From the IMG/VR virus record IMGVR_UViG_3300036803_000075, positions 43,725-107,724 of that record: a stretch of 64,000 nucleotides of DNA; one strand, 5' to 3'. Shown one piece after another: positions 23,561-33,181 of the stretch; position 1 is the first letter of the stretch, and every line of letters begins with the position of its first letter. Origin of the DNA: a virus (lineage: Duplodnaviria > Caudoviricetes). The notes beneath the pieces were generated by a model. It was given only the letters and a program-made list of their open reading frames with translations. It was not told the DNA's origin and searched no databases. The position numbers and the translations under genes were made by a program.

Positions 23561-23793
23561 CAGATGAATTCCCGCTCTGGATCGAGGTCCACGTCTCCCC
23601 AGATGACCTGGCTCATCGGCGGCTGCGGGGCAAATGTCGGCCGGGAGAGAGTTTCATGTTGGGCATCGGTGATGTCATGGCCCAGCCCGTTCTCGGTGAA
23701 GGCGAAGCCAAACATCGGCACGCTCAGTACCGCCCCGCTCGGAGGCTGAGGCAGCGATACCCGTACGTCCGAGCCATAGTAGACGCCGTCCAT
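23560..23793 (-). CDS. Small hypothetical tail-operon protein
   Basis: Coupled to neighbouring genes. Confidence 0.55.
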   Translation of the reverse strand: MDGVYYGSDVRVSLPQPPSGAVLSVPMFGFAFTENGLGHDITDAQHETLSRPTFAPQPPMSQVIWGDVDLDPEREFI

Positions 23794-23795
23794 GG

Positions 23796-24467
23796 CTACC
23801 CCTTGTTCTTCACGATGTCATTGTTGGCGATGTTCGCGGCGGTAAGAGCGTTCGGCCCGTTGAAGGCACTTGCGGTCCACCCGATACCGTCACTGATCCG
23901 AGCGATGTAAGCCTCGATGGCCTGCTGCTTTTTCGTGTCAATGACACCGTTGCTCGTGCCAGCCCGCACTAACTGACCAGAGGCATCCTGCTCAACGAAG
24001 AGCGCTAGCTGATATTGATAGGAGAACTTCCCCTGCGTATGTGAGATCGCATTGTTTCCGGCTGTCGGGTCAGTGATCGACTTGATATAGACCGAAAACC
24101 GCCAGCCCTTGGGCGGGTAATGGAAGATGGCCGGCGCAGCCGTCTTGCGACGCACAGGGGTCAGAAGGGAGTAATCCACCTGGTGCTGCTGCATGTCCCT
24201 GATCTTGGCCACGAAGGCCTCAGCGAGCCTCCAAGACCGGCCGGGGTGGTCAACAATTCCCGGAGCCGCCTTGCCCTTGGAGTGATCCTCTCCGTACGAG
24301 CCACTGATGGTGATGTCTGACAGGGTGGCTCCTACGACCTGCACCACACGACCACCCAGGGTGTTGGTCACCGAGGTGTTGATCTGGAAGTTCCATGAGA
24401 TCTCATTGGGGTCTACGCGGAAGGCAATTTGAGGTCCGCCCGCGAATCCCAGCGTCGCTACTCCCAT
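23796..24467 (-). CDS. Tail tube initiator-like baseplate protein
   Basis: FRVDPNEIS...TLGGRVVQ...ITISGS pattern; follows the tape measure gene. Confidence 0.55.
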   Translation of the reverse strand: MGVATLGFAGGPQIAFRVDPNEISWNFQINTSVTNTLGGRVVQVVGATLSDITISGSYGEDHSKGKAAPGIVDHPGRSWRLAEAFVAKIRDMQQHQVDYSLLTPVRRKTAAPAIFHYPPKGWRFSVYIKSITDPTAGNNAISHTQGKFSYQYQLALFVEQDASGQLVRAGTSNGVIDTKKQQAIEAYIARISDGIGWTASAFNGPNALTAANIANNDIVKNKG

Positions 24468-26743
24468 TAGTTGAACAACCTCCCCGTGATCACATCGGTG
24501 GGATTAGGCGGAGTAGTCGTCGTGCCGGAGTCCGAGTTAGCGCCGCTGATCAGTCCCGCCGGCCAGGTGACGATCTTGAAGATCTTCTTGGCCTCGTCGG
24601 AAAGGTCGACAATGACGTTGCTCTTGCCGTCCGAGGTCGGCAGCGATCCCGAGTAAGCGCTACCCACTCCCGCCTTGCCCTTGTCCTGGGCCTCCTTGGA
24701 CCAGTCCGCACCAGTGTCCGTAACGCCAGCGACATCACCACTAGTCTGGCCTTTGAGGTTGCCAGTGGAGAAGGTCACCTGACCGGCAGCTACCTCGTTC
24801 GGGAAGTTCTTAATGGCATCCGCCAGGCTCATCTCCCGCTTACCCCCGTATGCGGACACGACCACTTTCAGGGAGTCAATATCGACCCCCTTCTGCTTCA
24901 GGCTGGTCAGCAGCTGCTCAATAGCCCCGTACTGCTTCCCACCCGTCTTGGCCAGATCGACATACGCCTGCTCCGCTTTGCTCGTGGCGCCGCCGCCAGC
25001 ACCCGCTCCGGATCCAACATCCGGCAACCCCAAGGCCTTACTGATGCCGGGGCTCAAGCCCAGTGGGGAACCCAGCCCGGAGATACCACTACCCAGCTTC
25101 TGCCAGACCGAGGTGTTCGCACCTTGCGTCTTAGTGAACTTGTCCAGACCAGCCTGAGTGGTGGCGTGCTGCCCTGCCAGCGCCTGGTCCTGGGCCGCCT
25201 GGGCACCTTCGGTATTGCCAATCATCTGCTGAATGGCCCACTGAATGGCAGTCGACCGGTCCAAAGTGCCACCGGAGTACATCGCCAACTGCTGGGCGTC
25301 AGCATCCATATTGGGGTGTGAGCCAGCGAACTGCCGGTAGAAGTCCTGGGCGATCTTGGCGACCAGGTTAGGGTCTTTCTTGACCGCTGCCGCGCCGCCG
25401 TACTTCTGAGCTTGTGCCTTGACCCAAGCCTGTTCCTGCGCAGTGAACAGCTGATTGACAATGCTCAAGTCCTGCGTCGTACGCAGCTGGGCTGCTGCCG
25501 TCGGGTTGCTGCTCTGCAGGTTGACGTACTGGGTCTGGCTCATTCCAGCTCGGCCGGCCACCATGTACTCGTACTGAGCCGACGTACGGCCGGTGAAGTC
25601 GGTGTTCTCGAAGGAACGTCCATAGCTCGCCTGAGTCTCGGTGGTGCTCCGAGCAAATGCCACGGCACCTGAGCCATACCCACGAGTGGTTGCTACCGCG
25701 AGAGTGTTGACGAGCGCCTTGCGCATCATCTCGGCGTTGACGCCGGCCTTACCAGCGGTGTCCGAGACATCCTTGAGGGCCTTGGAAAGCTCGCCCAGGC
25801 TGATGCGACTATCCCGGCTGGCTACCTCTAGCGTGCCCAGACTTTCCTCAACGCTGGCACCGTAGTTCATCTTTCCAGAGGAGAGGAAGTTCAAGGCACC
25901 AGCCCGGCTGTTGTTGTACTGATCCCCCGCCTTGGAGTTGTAGCCGATCCGAGTAACACCCTTGTACGCCTGCCGAGCCTCCTCCTCGTTGTAGATGCCC
26001 ATGGTCTGCCAGCGGTATCCCTCTTCACGGATACGCTCACCGAAGCCGGCAAAATTCGAGCCACCTTCGATGTTCTGGTAATACGCATTTTTGTTTCTCT
26101 GGCTGCGAACCTCAGCGATGATGTCGTTGACCGTCCCCACAAAGGGGATGTTCTTGGTGATCGAGTCCATGATGCCGCTAGAAGCGCCCTGGCCACCTGG
26201 AGCTGGACCACCTGAGGGCCCGCCAGCCGGACCACCTGGCTGACCAGGTCCAGGGGGAGGCCTATTGCCGCCGCCGCTACCGCCACCAGTTCCTCCAGGA
26301 GGAGGTGTGCCATTGCCGCCGAGGGAACCAGGACCAGAAGACCCTCCTACGCCCCCTGAGCCGCTCCCTCCGCCACCACCGCCTCCACCCCCACCAGAAC
26401 CAGGCGGAGTCGACCTCGTCTGTCCTGCGAGCAGTGAGGCGGCATTCTGGGTCACCCCCTGCTGGATACCGCCCAACGTGCCGATCGTCCGGCCATCGCT
26501 ACCACCCTTGGGGGCAGCCTTGGTCTGGCCGGCGGTGAAGTCGCGGGTGGTCTGACTGACCGCCCGACGTGCGTCGGAGACGGATCCAATCGACCCGTCT
26601 CCAAAACGCTGCTGCATGTCGACAGCGGCGACGAAGTTCTTGCCCGTCTGCTCCATCGCCTGGGTATAGGCACCGAGCTTGGTAATGGCAGCGTTCAGTC
26701 CCTGAGCGACATCCTGCTGGCCTGCAATCGCGGTGTCAGGCAT
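24467..26743 (-). CDS. Tape measure protein
   Basis: 758 aa, Ala/Gly-rich and helical, directly after the tail assembly chaperones. Confidence 0.7.
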   Translation of the reverse strand: MPDTAIAGQQDVAQGLNAAITKLGAYTQAMEQTGKNFVAAVDMQQRFGDGSIGSVSDARRAVSQTTRDFTAGQTKAAPKGGSDGRTIGTLGGIQQGVTQNAASLLAGQTRSTPPGSGGGGGGGGGGSGSGGVGGSSGPGSLGGNGTPPPGGTGGGSGGGNRPPPGPGQPGGPAGGPSGGPAPGGQGASSGIMDSITKNIPFVGTVNDIIAEVRSQRNKNAYYQNIEGGSNFAGFGERIREEGYRWQTMGIYNEEEARQAYKGVTRIGYNSKAGDQYNNSRAGALNFLSSGKMNYGASVEESLGTLEVASRDSRISLGELSKALKDVSDTAGKAGVNAEMMRKALVNTLAVATTRGYGSGAVAFARSTTETQASYGRSFENTDFTGRTSAQYEYMVAGRAGMSQTQYVNLQSSNPTAAAQLRTTQDLSIVNQLFTAQEQAWVKAQAQKYGGAAAVKKDPNLVAKIAQDFYRQFAGSHPNMDADAQQLAMYSGGTLDRSTAIQWAIQQMIGNTEGAQAAQDQALAGQHATTQAGLDKFTKTQGANTSVWQKLGSGISGLGSPLGLSPGISKALGLPDVGSGAGAGGGATSKAEQAYVDLAKTGGKQYGAIEQLLTSLKQKGVDIDSLKVVVSAYGGKREMSLADAIKNFPNEVAAGQVTFSTGNLKGQTSGDVAGVTDTGADWSKEAQDKGKAGVGSAYSGSLPTSDGKSNVIVDLSDEAKKIFKIVTWPAGLISGANSDSGTTTTPPNPTDVITGRLFN

Positions 26744-26746
26744 CTC

Positions 26747-27741
26747 CTACACCCATTCTCTGTCACTGTCGGCCGAGGCCATCGCCCCTTCCGATTCCTC
26801 CGGTACGCCCACCCTCTGGTTGTTCACCATCGCCATCAGCAGGCGCTGTGTCTCCTCGAACTCCTCTACCGTGCTGCCCTCCGTCGGACTGACCCAGTCC
26901 ACTCCGGAGTAGTCCATTCGATCTTCAACGTCGTCGTCGCTGAGGTATCGATCCGGGAAGGCCTGGGACACCGGTACGCCCTGGGAGACCAGGGAAAGCC
27001 GGATGTCGAAGTCCTCACGCTGCTCTCTATCGAACACCCGCTGGTCGGACTCTTGCTTGGCTTTCGCCTCGTCCATGGCCAACAGCAGCTCGACCGCCAA
27101 GACCTGCACGGCGGAGAGGGAAAGACCTGTTAGAAGTCCTCGTCGTTCGGCGAGCCGGAGCTGGCGTTCGAGCCAGGGGTCGACACCGGCTCGCCCGATG
27201 CTTTTCCCATCGCGTCGATCACCTGCTGGACCTGCTGCTCCAGGTCAAGGAACTCTTCGTACGCCTTGTCGATGGTGTACGGGAACCAGCGCGTCCGAAC
27301 GTATTCGAACCTCTGATACGCCCAGCCAAACCGGTTGTCCGGTTCCTCGAACGGAATAGACAGTTCCTTGCCATCTACCGTCACGATCGCCATCGCTACC
27401 ACCGCCGTGGTGTATGCCTTCATCTCACCTGCGGTGCCCTGCCAGTCCTTTATCAGAGTCGCTGTCGTCAGATGTTCGTCCTGCCGGAGTGTCCGGATGA
27501 CGAACTCGTGACCCAGGAAACGAAAGGTTTTGGTGAGGGCTCCGAGATAAAGGAGGCCACTGAGCGGCTCTACATATCGCGGGTCGAACGGTACGACGAG
27601 ATCCTCTGCGTCGGCACCCGGTTGTGGCTCCTGATCGCCCCCCGGAGCTGTGCTCAACGGGGGCGGGCCTGAGAATGTGGGGCGAACGCTGTCTGGATCG
27701 TATGAGGACAGAAGGCTTCCATCCCCAGGCGTCACCGGCAT
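26747..27741 (-). CDS. Tail assembly chaperone pair (G and G-T) with programmed -1 frameshift
   Basis: ORF 27130-27741 contains G GGA AAA at 27208-27202. The -1 frame stays open (KSIGRAGVDPWLERQLRLAERRGLL...) into ORF 26747-27109. Confidence 0.85.
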
Positions 27742-27762
27742 ATGTGTGCTCCTTTCCTGGCT

Positions 27763-28281
27763 TTACGCCTGCTTGAGCGCCTGGCTGTGGGTGTACGCCA
27801 CAGTGATTCCCTTGGTCACGGCCAAACTGCCCACCGTGATGGTGTCACCGTCATTGATATCCACCACCACGCAGTTCAAGTACGTCTTGCCGCGCCACTT
27901 GCCGGGGGTGTTCTGGGTCCCCGGCGGCTTGATGATCGTTTGACAGGTCACATAGTTCGGGTCCTGAGCCAGAAACTGAAAGATGTCGACGATGTTCTGA
28001 GCGGTCGCCAGACCGTCCAACTGCTGCCAAACCGGAGCGTTCCACAGCTCACGAATGGTGAGCTGTAGCGTGCCGCCCTGCAGTACTCGGCTGGTCGCGA
28101 TCTCCACCGGGTGGGAGTACCCCAAGGGGTGGATGAACTGGTACGGCTGCCCGAGATCAGAGAAAGCGCGTTGGCCGCTGTCCTCCACACCCTCACAGAA
28201 GGCGATGGGCTTACCACGGTAATTAAATGTGGTAAATCCGCTACCGACGACACGGACTTGCGTTTGCGGCAAGATCAACAT
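27763..28281 (-). CDS. Tail tube protein (start possibly TTG at 28272)
   Basis: About 170 aa, located between the sheath and chaperone genes. Confidence 0.75.
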   Translation of the reverse strand: MLILPQTQVRVVGSGFTTFNYRGKPIAFCEGVEDSGQRAFSDLGQPYQFIHPLGYSHPVEIATSRVLQGGTLQLTIRELWNAPVWQQLDGLATAQNIVDIFQFLAQDPNYVTCQTIIKPPGTQNTPGKWRGKTYLNCVVVDINDGDTITVGSLAVTKGITVAYTHSQALKQA

Positions 28282-28358
28282 CTCCCTTCATACAGGTCAG
28301 GGGCCTGATAAAGAGTTGTGAAGTCGCCCCAGTTTTTACCGTGGTAGAGTCGGTCTCC

Positions 28359-29045
28359 ATGATGACTGAAGAAGAACTCCGCAGACTCGTTTCCATGAGC
28401 GCTCTGGAGCACCGGTTCTGGGCCAAGGTCCAGATCGTGGACGATGACAACTCCTGCTGGGAGTGGACTGCCGCCAGACATCCTGATGGATATGGCCACT
28501 TCCAGATGACCCCTCCAGGAGAAGAAGTCAACCGGGCCGTCAATGCCTCTCGGGTCGTCCTGATGTTTCAGACCGGAGCTATGCCTGTTGTCGCCTGCCA
28601 TACCTGCGATAACCCGCCATGTGTCCGGCCTAGTCATCTCTACGACGGGAATTGGGCCACTAACGGTGCGGACAAAGCTGCCAGAGGACGAGCCCGAGGG
28701 AAGACCAACCAGCGTGGTGAATCCAACGACTCCGCCGTCCTCACTGATGCCATCGTGATCGAGGCCCGCCAGCGCGCCCGTGCGGGCGAAGGAGTCAAGG
28801 CCATCGCCCAAGCGCTCAGTGTCGGAAGAGCCACTATCAACTACGCCATCATCGGGACGACCTGGAGTCACCTCGACCCCATCGAACCAGCCGTCGCGAT
28901 CAGCAATCGCAAAGGCCGAGGCAAGCTCACTAATGCCCAGATCGCCGAGATCAAGGCCCTCAAAGGCAAGCGTCTGGGTATCGAGGTAGCTGCCGAGTAC
29001 GGGATCTCCCCCTCGGCGGTCACTTACCACTGGCGTCGTCATTAG
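28359..29045 (+). CDS. HNH homing endonuclease
   Basis: RFWAKV..CWEWT..GYG..ACHTCDNPPCVRPSHL..N; C-terminal HTH repeats; antisense insertion between sheath and tube. Confidence 0.88.
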   Translation: MMTEEELRRLVSMSALEHRFWAKVQIVDDDNSCWEWTAARHPDGYGHFQMTPPGEEVNRAVNASRVVLMFQTGAMPVVACHTCDNPPCVRPSHLYDGNWATNGADKAARGRARGKTNQRGESNDSAVLTDAIVIEARQRARAGEGVKAIAQALSVGRATINYAIIGTTWSHLDPIEPAVAISNRKGRGKLTNAQIAEIKALKGKRLGIEVAAEYGISPSAVTYHWRRH

Positions 29046-30595
29046 GTCACAGCCGAGGTGGCGTTGCCGAGATCAGAAGCGCCCGTGGACAGGTCGATCG
29101 AGAAGGCCACGGTGATGTAGTTCAACGGCACCGCCGGCAGGTACTGGAAGCGGCATTCGATAATCGTCGGGTCACCTGAGGGGACGGTCTGCTGGCGCAC
29201 CGCGACATTGGCGTAGTCGACGATGACGTTGGTCAGCTTGGCGGTCTCCAGGATGCCCACCAGAGCCGACTTCACCCTCGTGGTCATGTCCGCCGTGATC
29301 GGCTCGCCGATCAGTCCGGAGTTGTCCATGCCGGCGAAGATGTCAGCGAAGAGCGTGTCGCCCTGCCGGGTGAGACTGATCTCCCGGGTGTTCAGGGCGG
29401 TCATGTCGGTAGCCACGCCATGCCGGCACTGAAGGTTGGTACTGCGATTCAGCTCGAAGACACAGACGCCATTCCGGGACAGGTTGTCCTTGTACGACTT
29501 GGCCATCTTCTGGAAAACGCTGGACGGCAGCCCCGAGAAGCCATTCACCGACAGCTTGGTCAGGCCACGCTGTACCGCGCCGGCCGCTAGGAGCCCCGTA
29601 GCCGCCGCCGCCAGGTAGTGCCCATCGGTATCCACCACCCGGTTAACCGCGCCGTTGTAGTAGCTCACACGCGCGGGATAGGTCAGCACAACCCGCTTGC
29701 TTGCTACCGCTGTCGAGACCAGAGAGAAGTCCGTAGTGGACTCGTACTCCTTCGGCGCTCCCACAAAAGCGATGCGGCCATAGCCGTCGTTCGAGGAGTT
29801 GACACAATGCGATTTCAGATCGTTGATGAAGCTCGCCAGCGTCGGGGCGTTGGTCACCGAACCGGTCTCGGTGACCCCCACGAACAGCGGGACGAGCATC
29901 GTGACCCGGTAGTCCGCCTCTAGCTTGACGTAGGCGTTCTTGAACTGATCCCGCAAGGTGATGGTGTTGTTGGTCTGGTCGACCGGTACGCAGAGCACCG
30001 AGTTGGCACCGTTGGTAAACGCCATCTGAGCCGCCAGCGTCATGGGGCTCAGAATGGTGCCCGCAGTATCGATGTCGGTCGAGACGGCGTCTCCGTACCG
30101 CTGACCCACCAGATCCGGGTCGTCCATCTCGGTGGGCGTGTAATACGAGCTGTCCGCGTAGGTGTAGGTAATGACGATCGGGTCGCCGTCAGCCAGCCCC
30201 CCAGGGCTCGCCTGTGCCGGGTTCTGGGGGTTGCTGATGTCTGAGGACAGCCGGCGGATCAGAGTCTTGGCATTCGACGGGCCGCCGCCGTCAGTTGTGT
30301 CCACTGTGAAGGCATAGTCAACATCGGCCGTCAGCAGCGTGCCATCGGTCTTGGTGACCACCGGGACAGGTGCGTTGACGGGGTTGGAGCCGCTGACAAA
30401 GACGCCCCGGTTCAGCAGCACGGTGTTGGTCTGTGAGAAGAGCTGGAAGCTCTCCGTAGCGTTCTGGTAACCGCGCGATGGACCAACAATGGTCACCGTT
30501 GACGTGGGGATCCCAGTCGCCACCACGATCGGCTGGCTGGTGTCCTCTACGTATACGCCCGGCGGAACGTAGCGCGTGAAATCCGCGATGGCCAC
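29042..30595 (-). CDS. Contractile tail sheath protein
   Basis: N-terminal YVPPGVYVED; AFTNGA; C-terminal YLPAVPLNYITVAF. Confidence 0.9.
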   Translation of the reverse strand: MAIADFTRYVPPGVYVEDTSQPIVVATGIPTSTVTIVGPSRGYQNATESFQLFSQTNTVLLNRGVFVSGSNPVNAPVPVVTKTDGTLLTADVDYAFTVDTTDGGGPSNAKTLIRRLSSDISNPQNPAQASPGGLADGDPIVITYTYADSSYYTPTEMDDPDLVGQRYGDAVSTDIDTAGTILSPMTLAAQMAFTNGANSVLCVPVDQTNNTITLRDQFKNAYVKLEADYRVTMLVPLFVGVTETGSVTNAPTLASFINDLKSHCVNSSNDGYGRIAFVGAPKEYESTTDFSLVSTAVASKRVVLTYPARVSYYNGAVNRVVDTDGHYLAAAATGLLAAGAVQRGLTKLSVNGFSGLPSSVFQKMAKSYKDNLSRNGVCVFELNRSTNLQCRHGVATDMTALNTREISLTRQGDTLFADIFAGMDNSGLIGEPITADMTTRVKSALVGILETAKLTNVIVDYANVAVRQQTVPSGDPTIIECRFQYLPAVPLNYITVAFSIDLSTGASDLGNATSAVT

Positions 30596-30626
30596 TCGGT
30601 CACTCCTCCCGCCCTGGACTGCCGCT

Positions 30627-30663
30627 CTCTACCCCTTCGTCGTGCTAGGCAGGAGAGGAACAG
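30627..30663 (-). promoter_or_regulatory. Putative late promoter copy (CTGTTC-N19-GAAGGGGTAGAG)
   Basis: Bipartite motif upstream of the sheath gene. Confidence 0.65.
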
Positions 30664-30679
30664 GGAGAGAGGCTGGCGC

Positions 30680-31324
30680 CTAGTGCCAGTCGGAAGGACC
30701 GCCTGGACCCACGATCGGGACCTCCACCAGTGGGCCTTCATCGACCTCCGTGGCGGTAAAGGTGACCCCACTCAATGGCAGCAGGGCGCCGGTCGCATCG
30801 TCCACCACGATCTCGCCGATGACCTCCATATTGAGACCACGCTCGTAGATCAGCTCGTCCGTGCCCCACGGCGTGCCCGGGGCCGCCACTGACCCCTTGG
30901 GCTCGATCTGGTCGAAGTCGAAGTTGCACGCGATGAAGTCGTTGTTCTCTATGTAGGTACGGAACTGCGCAGTGGCCGGGCTCTGCCGGCCGAAAGCCAT
31001 GACGCGCACGACCTCGTCATAAAGATCATCTCGCTCCTGGCTGGTGAGGGCCACCAGGGTCAACGAGATATACCCCTGGAACCGCCACCGGGTACTCGGA
31101 ACAAAGCCGCCATGGCCGTCCGGGTTGAACTCGGTGTGGTCGATACCGGCGATAGCCAAGCTCGCCGAGTCTTCGTAGTCCACCCAGATCGACGGGTACT
31201 CCTGAACATCGATCGGGTACTCCACTGAGCAGTGGACATTCCTGAACCGGGTATTGGGATATTCACCGTCGAAGGTCTGCTCAAGCGCTTCCTTGACCGT
31301 CGTCTTAAGGAATCGGAGGTACAT
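30680..31324 (-). CDS. Neck/tail terminator-like protein
   Basis: Lies upstream of the sheath; EYP..YPSIWV motif. Confidence 0.6.
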   Translation of the reverse strand: MYLRFLKTTVKEALEQTFDGEYPNTRFRNVHCSVEYPIDVQEYPSIWVDYEDSASLAIAGIDHTEFNPDGHGGFVPSTRWRFQGYISLTLVALTSQERDDLYDEVVRVMAFGRQSPATAQFRTYIENNDFIACNFDFDQIEPKGSVAAPGTPWGTDELIYERGLNMEVIGEIVVDDATGALLPLSGVTFTATEVDEGPLVEVPIVGPGGPSDWH

Positions 31325-32043
31325 CAGGCGCTCCTCATGGCAGCTCGCCAGCGGTTATCGCACAGATAGATCCGTACGGGCAGGATCCCATGCCACTGGG
31401 CGGCCAACGTGATCGCGTTGTTGATGAACAGCCGGGGGGAGATCCCCGGGTGACGCCAGCGCACACCCACATTCCCCCGAGCTATAGCCCCGCCACGCTT
31501 TCCGGGTGTGGTGAGTGGTGCGCCGGCCTGACGAACGTTGATGCGACCTGGAGCGCCCGGATAGGAGGCGGGTACGTCAGAGACGATCCTGGCAATTTTA
31601 GTTTTTGGGTCAATCCTTGTCTTCTGGATCCGCTGACCCTGCTTGGCGGCCTTGCGAAAGATCAGCACCTGAGTCTTACCGGACATGGTGATCCGAGTCT
31701 TCGCCTTGGGATTGCGTACGCGCTCTTGGCCCGTAGGGTCATCAATCCACATGGGAACGACCTTGCCGGCCAGCCTGTTCATCGTAAAGGCCCGGATGCC
31801 GTGGTCCTGATACCACACATACGAGTCCATCCACCGCACGCCGAAATAGCCGCGACCCCACACCGGCTGGAGTCGGTTGGAGCTGGCTCCGGTCGCCTTA
31901 GGCATTTTTTTCTTGGCCTCACGGGTGGCCGCCAGGGCGCACATCCGGGCACGTGCAGGATCCAGTCCCTTGACGACCATGATGGCTCGGTCTGGATTGG
32001 TGGTTAAGGCCAGCTCAGCGGTTTCGAGTAAGATTTTGTACAC
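31324..32043 (-). CDS. Basic neck/tail completion protein
   Basis: MPKATG..YQDHGIRAF..WRHPGISPRLF pattern; synteny. Confidence 0.55.
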   Translation of the reverse strand: MYKILLETAELALTTNPDRAIMVVKGLDPARARMCALAATREAKKKMPKATGASSNRLQPVWGRGYFGVRWMDSYVWYQDHGIRAFTMNRLAGKVVPMWIDDPTGQERVRNPKAKTRITMSGKTQVLIFRKAAKQGQRIQKTRIDPKTKIARIVSDVPASYPGAPGRINVRQAGAPLTTPGKRGGAIARGNVGVRWRHPGISPRLFINNAITLAAQWHGILPVRIYLCDNRWRAAMRSA

Positions 32044-32063
32044 CCCCTCCGGTCAAATAGAAT

Positions 32064-32792
32064 CTAGTCATCCCCCACCGGCACGAGCGGACTCCGAATG
32101 TCCTCGTACGCCGCGAAGTCCTGTGGGGTCTTACCGGCCAATGAGAGCAACGTCAGCAGCGTCTGGTTGGGCGGCGGTATGTCGTAGGCCACAGACGCGC
32201 TGGGGTCCTCCAGAGACGCTCTGGCGTGGTTATAACCGATAGCGGTGGTCGACTGATGCGGGTGACCGAAACCCGACCGCAGAGTCACCCTGGCGGGCAC
32301 GCGCAGAAAGTATCGATCTCCACTGGTGCGGAACACATAGTCGCCTGAGCGAATACGGAAGTCTGGCGTGGACTCCACCGACAGGTCGCTGGGATGCACC
32401 ACACCGCGAGCCTGGACCTGCTCGGACTCATCTGTGTCCCCAAAAATGGCCGGCCGTACGATGAGCGCCTTGTAGCCGCCCTCAAATGTCGTCCCAAAGC
32501 AAATGGGACAACGGTTCTGCTGCGGCTGGCCGTACGCCTCGGAGATCCGACGCTCTTTGTCGTCAGCGCCCCAGCAGCGCGAGCATCGTGTCACCAGCCC
32601 GGCGGTGAAGTCCTGGATGTGCCACATCAGCGCGAACATCGCCCACTCTCCGAGCGAATACAGTGCCTCGGAATGCCGCAGGTGCTCTTGCTGGACGGCC
32701 CAGTCCTGCTGCTCCCGTACGTAATAGGGCTGGTAGGTGATCTTGTCGCCGGGCCCCGGGACCTCTTGGGGGATGGGAATAGGAATTGCCAT
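32064..32792 (-). CDS. Head-to-tail joining protein with Cys motifs
   Basis: RCSRC..CPICFGT..GGY; synteny. Confidence 0.55.
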   Translation of the reverse strand: MAIPIPIPQEVPGPGDKITYQPYYVREQQDWAVQQEHLRHSEALYSLGEWAMFALMWHIQDFTAGLVTRCSRCWGADDKERRISEAYGQPQQNRCPICFGTTFEGGYKALIVRPAIFGDTDESEQVQARGVVHPSDLSVESTPDFRIRSGDYVFRTSGDRYFLRVPARVTLRSGFGHPHQSTTAIGYNHARASLEDPSASVAYDIPPPNQTLLTLLSLAGKTPQDFAAYEDIRSPLVPVGDD

Positions 32793-33178
32793 CAGACCCA
32801 CACCCCTCCTCTAGCCGCGTACGTCGTGGTGGAAACCCACACTCCACCCACGAGCTTGTAGACATTGAAATATCCTTGGCTAAGCGACGGCACCACCAAT
32901 GCCGCGTACTGCACCTGAATTCGTGCCGTTGAGACAAAGGTAGTCGGTAGCGTCAGGACCCCATAGTGAACCTGCAGAAAACCCGAGGGGACCGCAACGC
33001 CCAGGTCCGCCCAGTGCACCTGAATGGTGGCGCTGGAGGGTGCACTGGGAATGGGCGTACGCAGCCAGGAGAAATAGGGGATCTTGGCTATCGGACGCAG
33101 CACCGTACGCAGAAAGGCAAACCTGACCGGCCGAGTAGTCGACAGGTTCGCATAGTGGACTTGTACGGTGACGGCCAT
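32792..33178 (-). CDS. Hypothetical virion protein with QVH[YW]A repeats
   Basis: Four imperfect xQV[HQ][YW] repeats; coupled to neighbours. Confidence 0.55.
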   Translation of the reverse strand: MAVTVQVHYANLSTTRPVRFAFLRTVLRPIAKIPYFSWLRTPIPSAPSSATIQVHWADLGVAVPSGFLQVHYGVLTLPTTFVSTARIQVQYAALVVPSLSQGYFNVYKLVGGVWVSTTTYAARGGVWV

Positions 33179-33181
33179 GGG

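Noticed and set aside
26200-26410. GGC/CCG-rich low-complexity stretch (also 62210-62350) as a further guide tract
   Set aside because: It has 3-nt periodicity and encodes Gly/Pro linkers inside genes; there is no GGY-NN 5-nt phase.
28275-29042. Minus-strand 255-aa ORF filling the sheath-tube gap
   Set aside because: It is the shadow of the plus-strand HNH gene, which has clear catalytic motifs.
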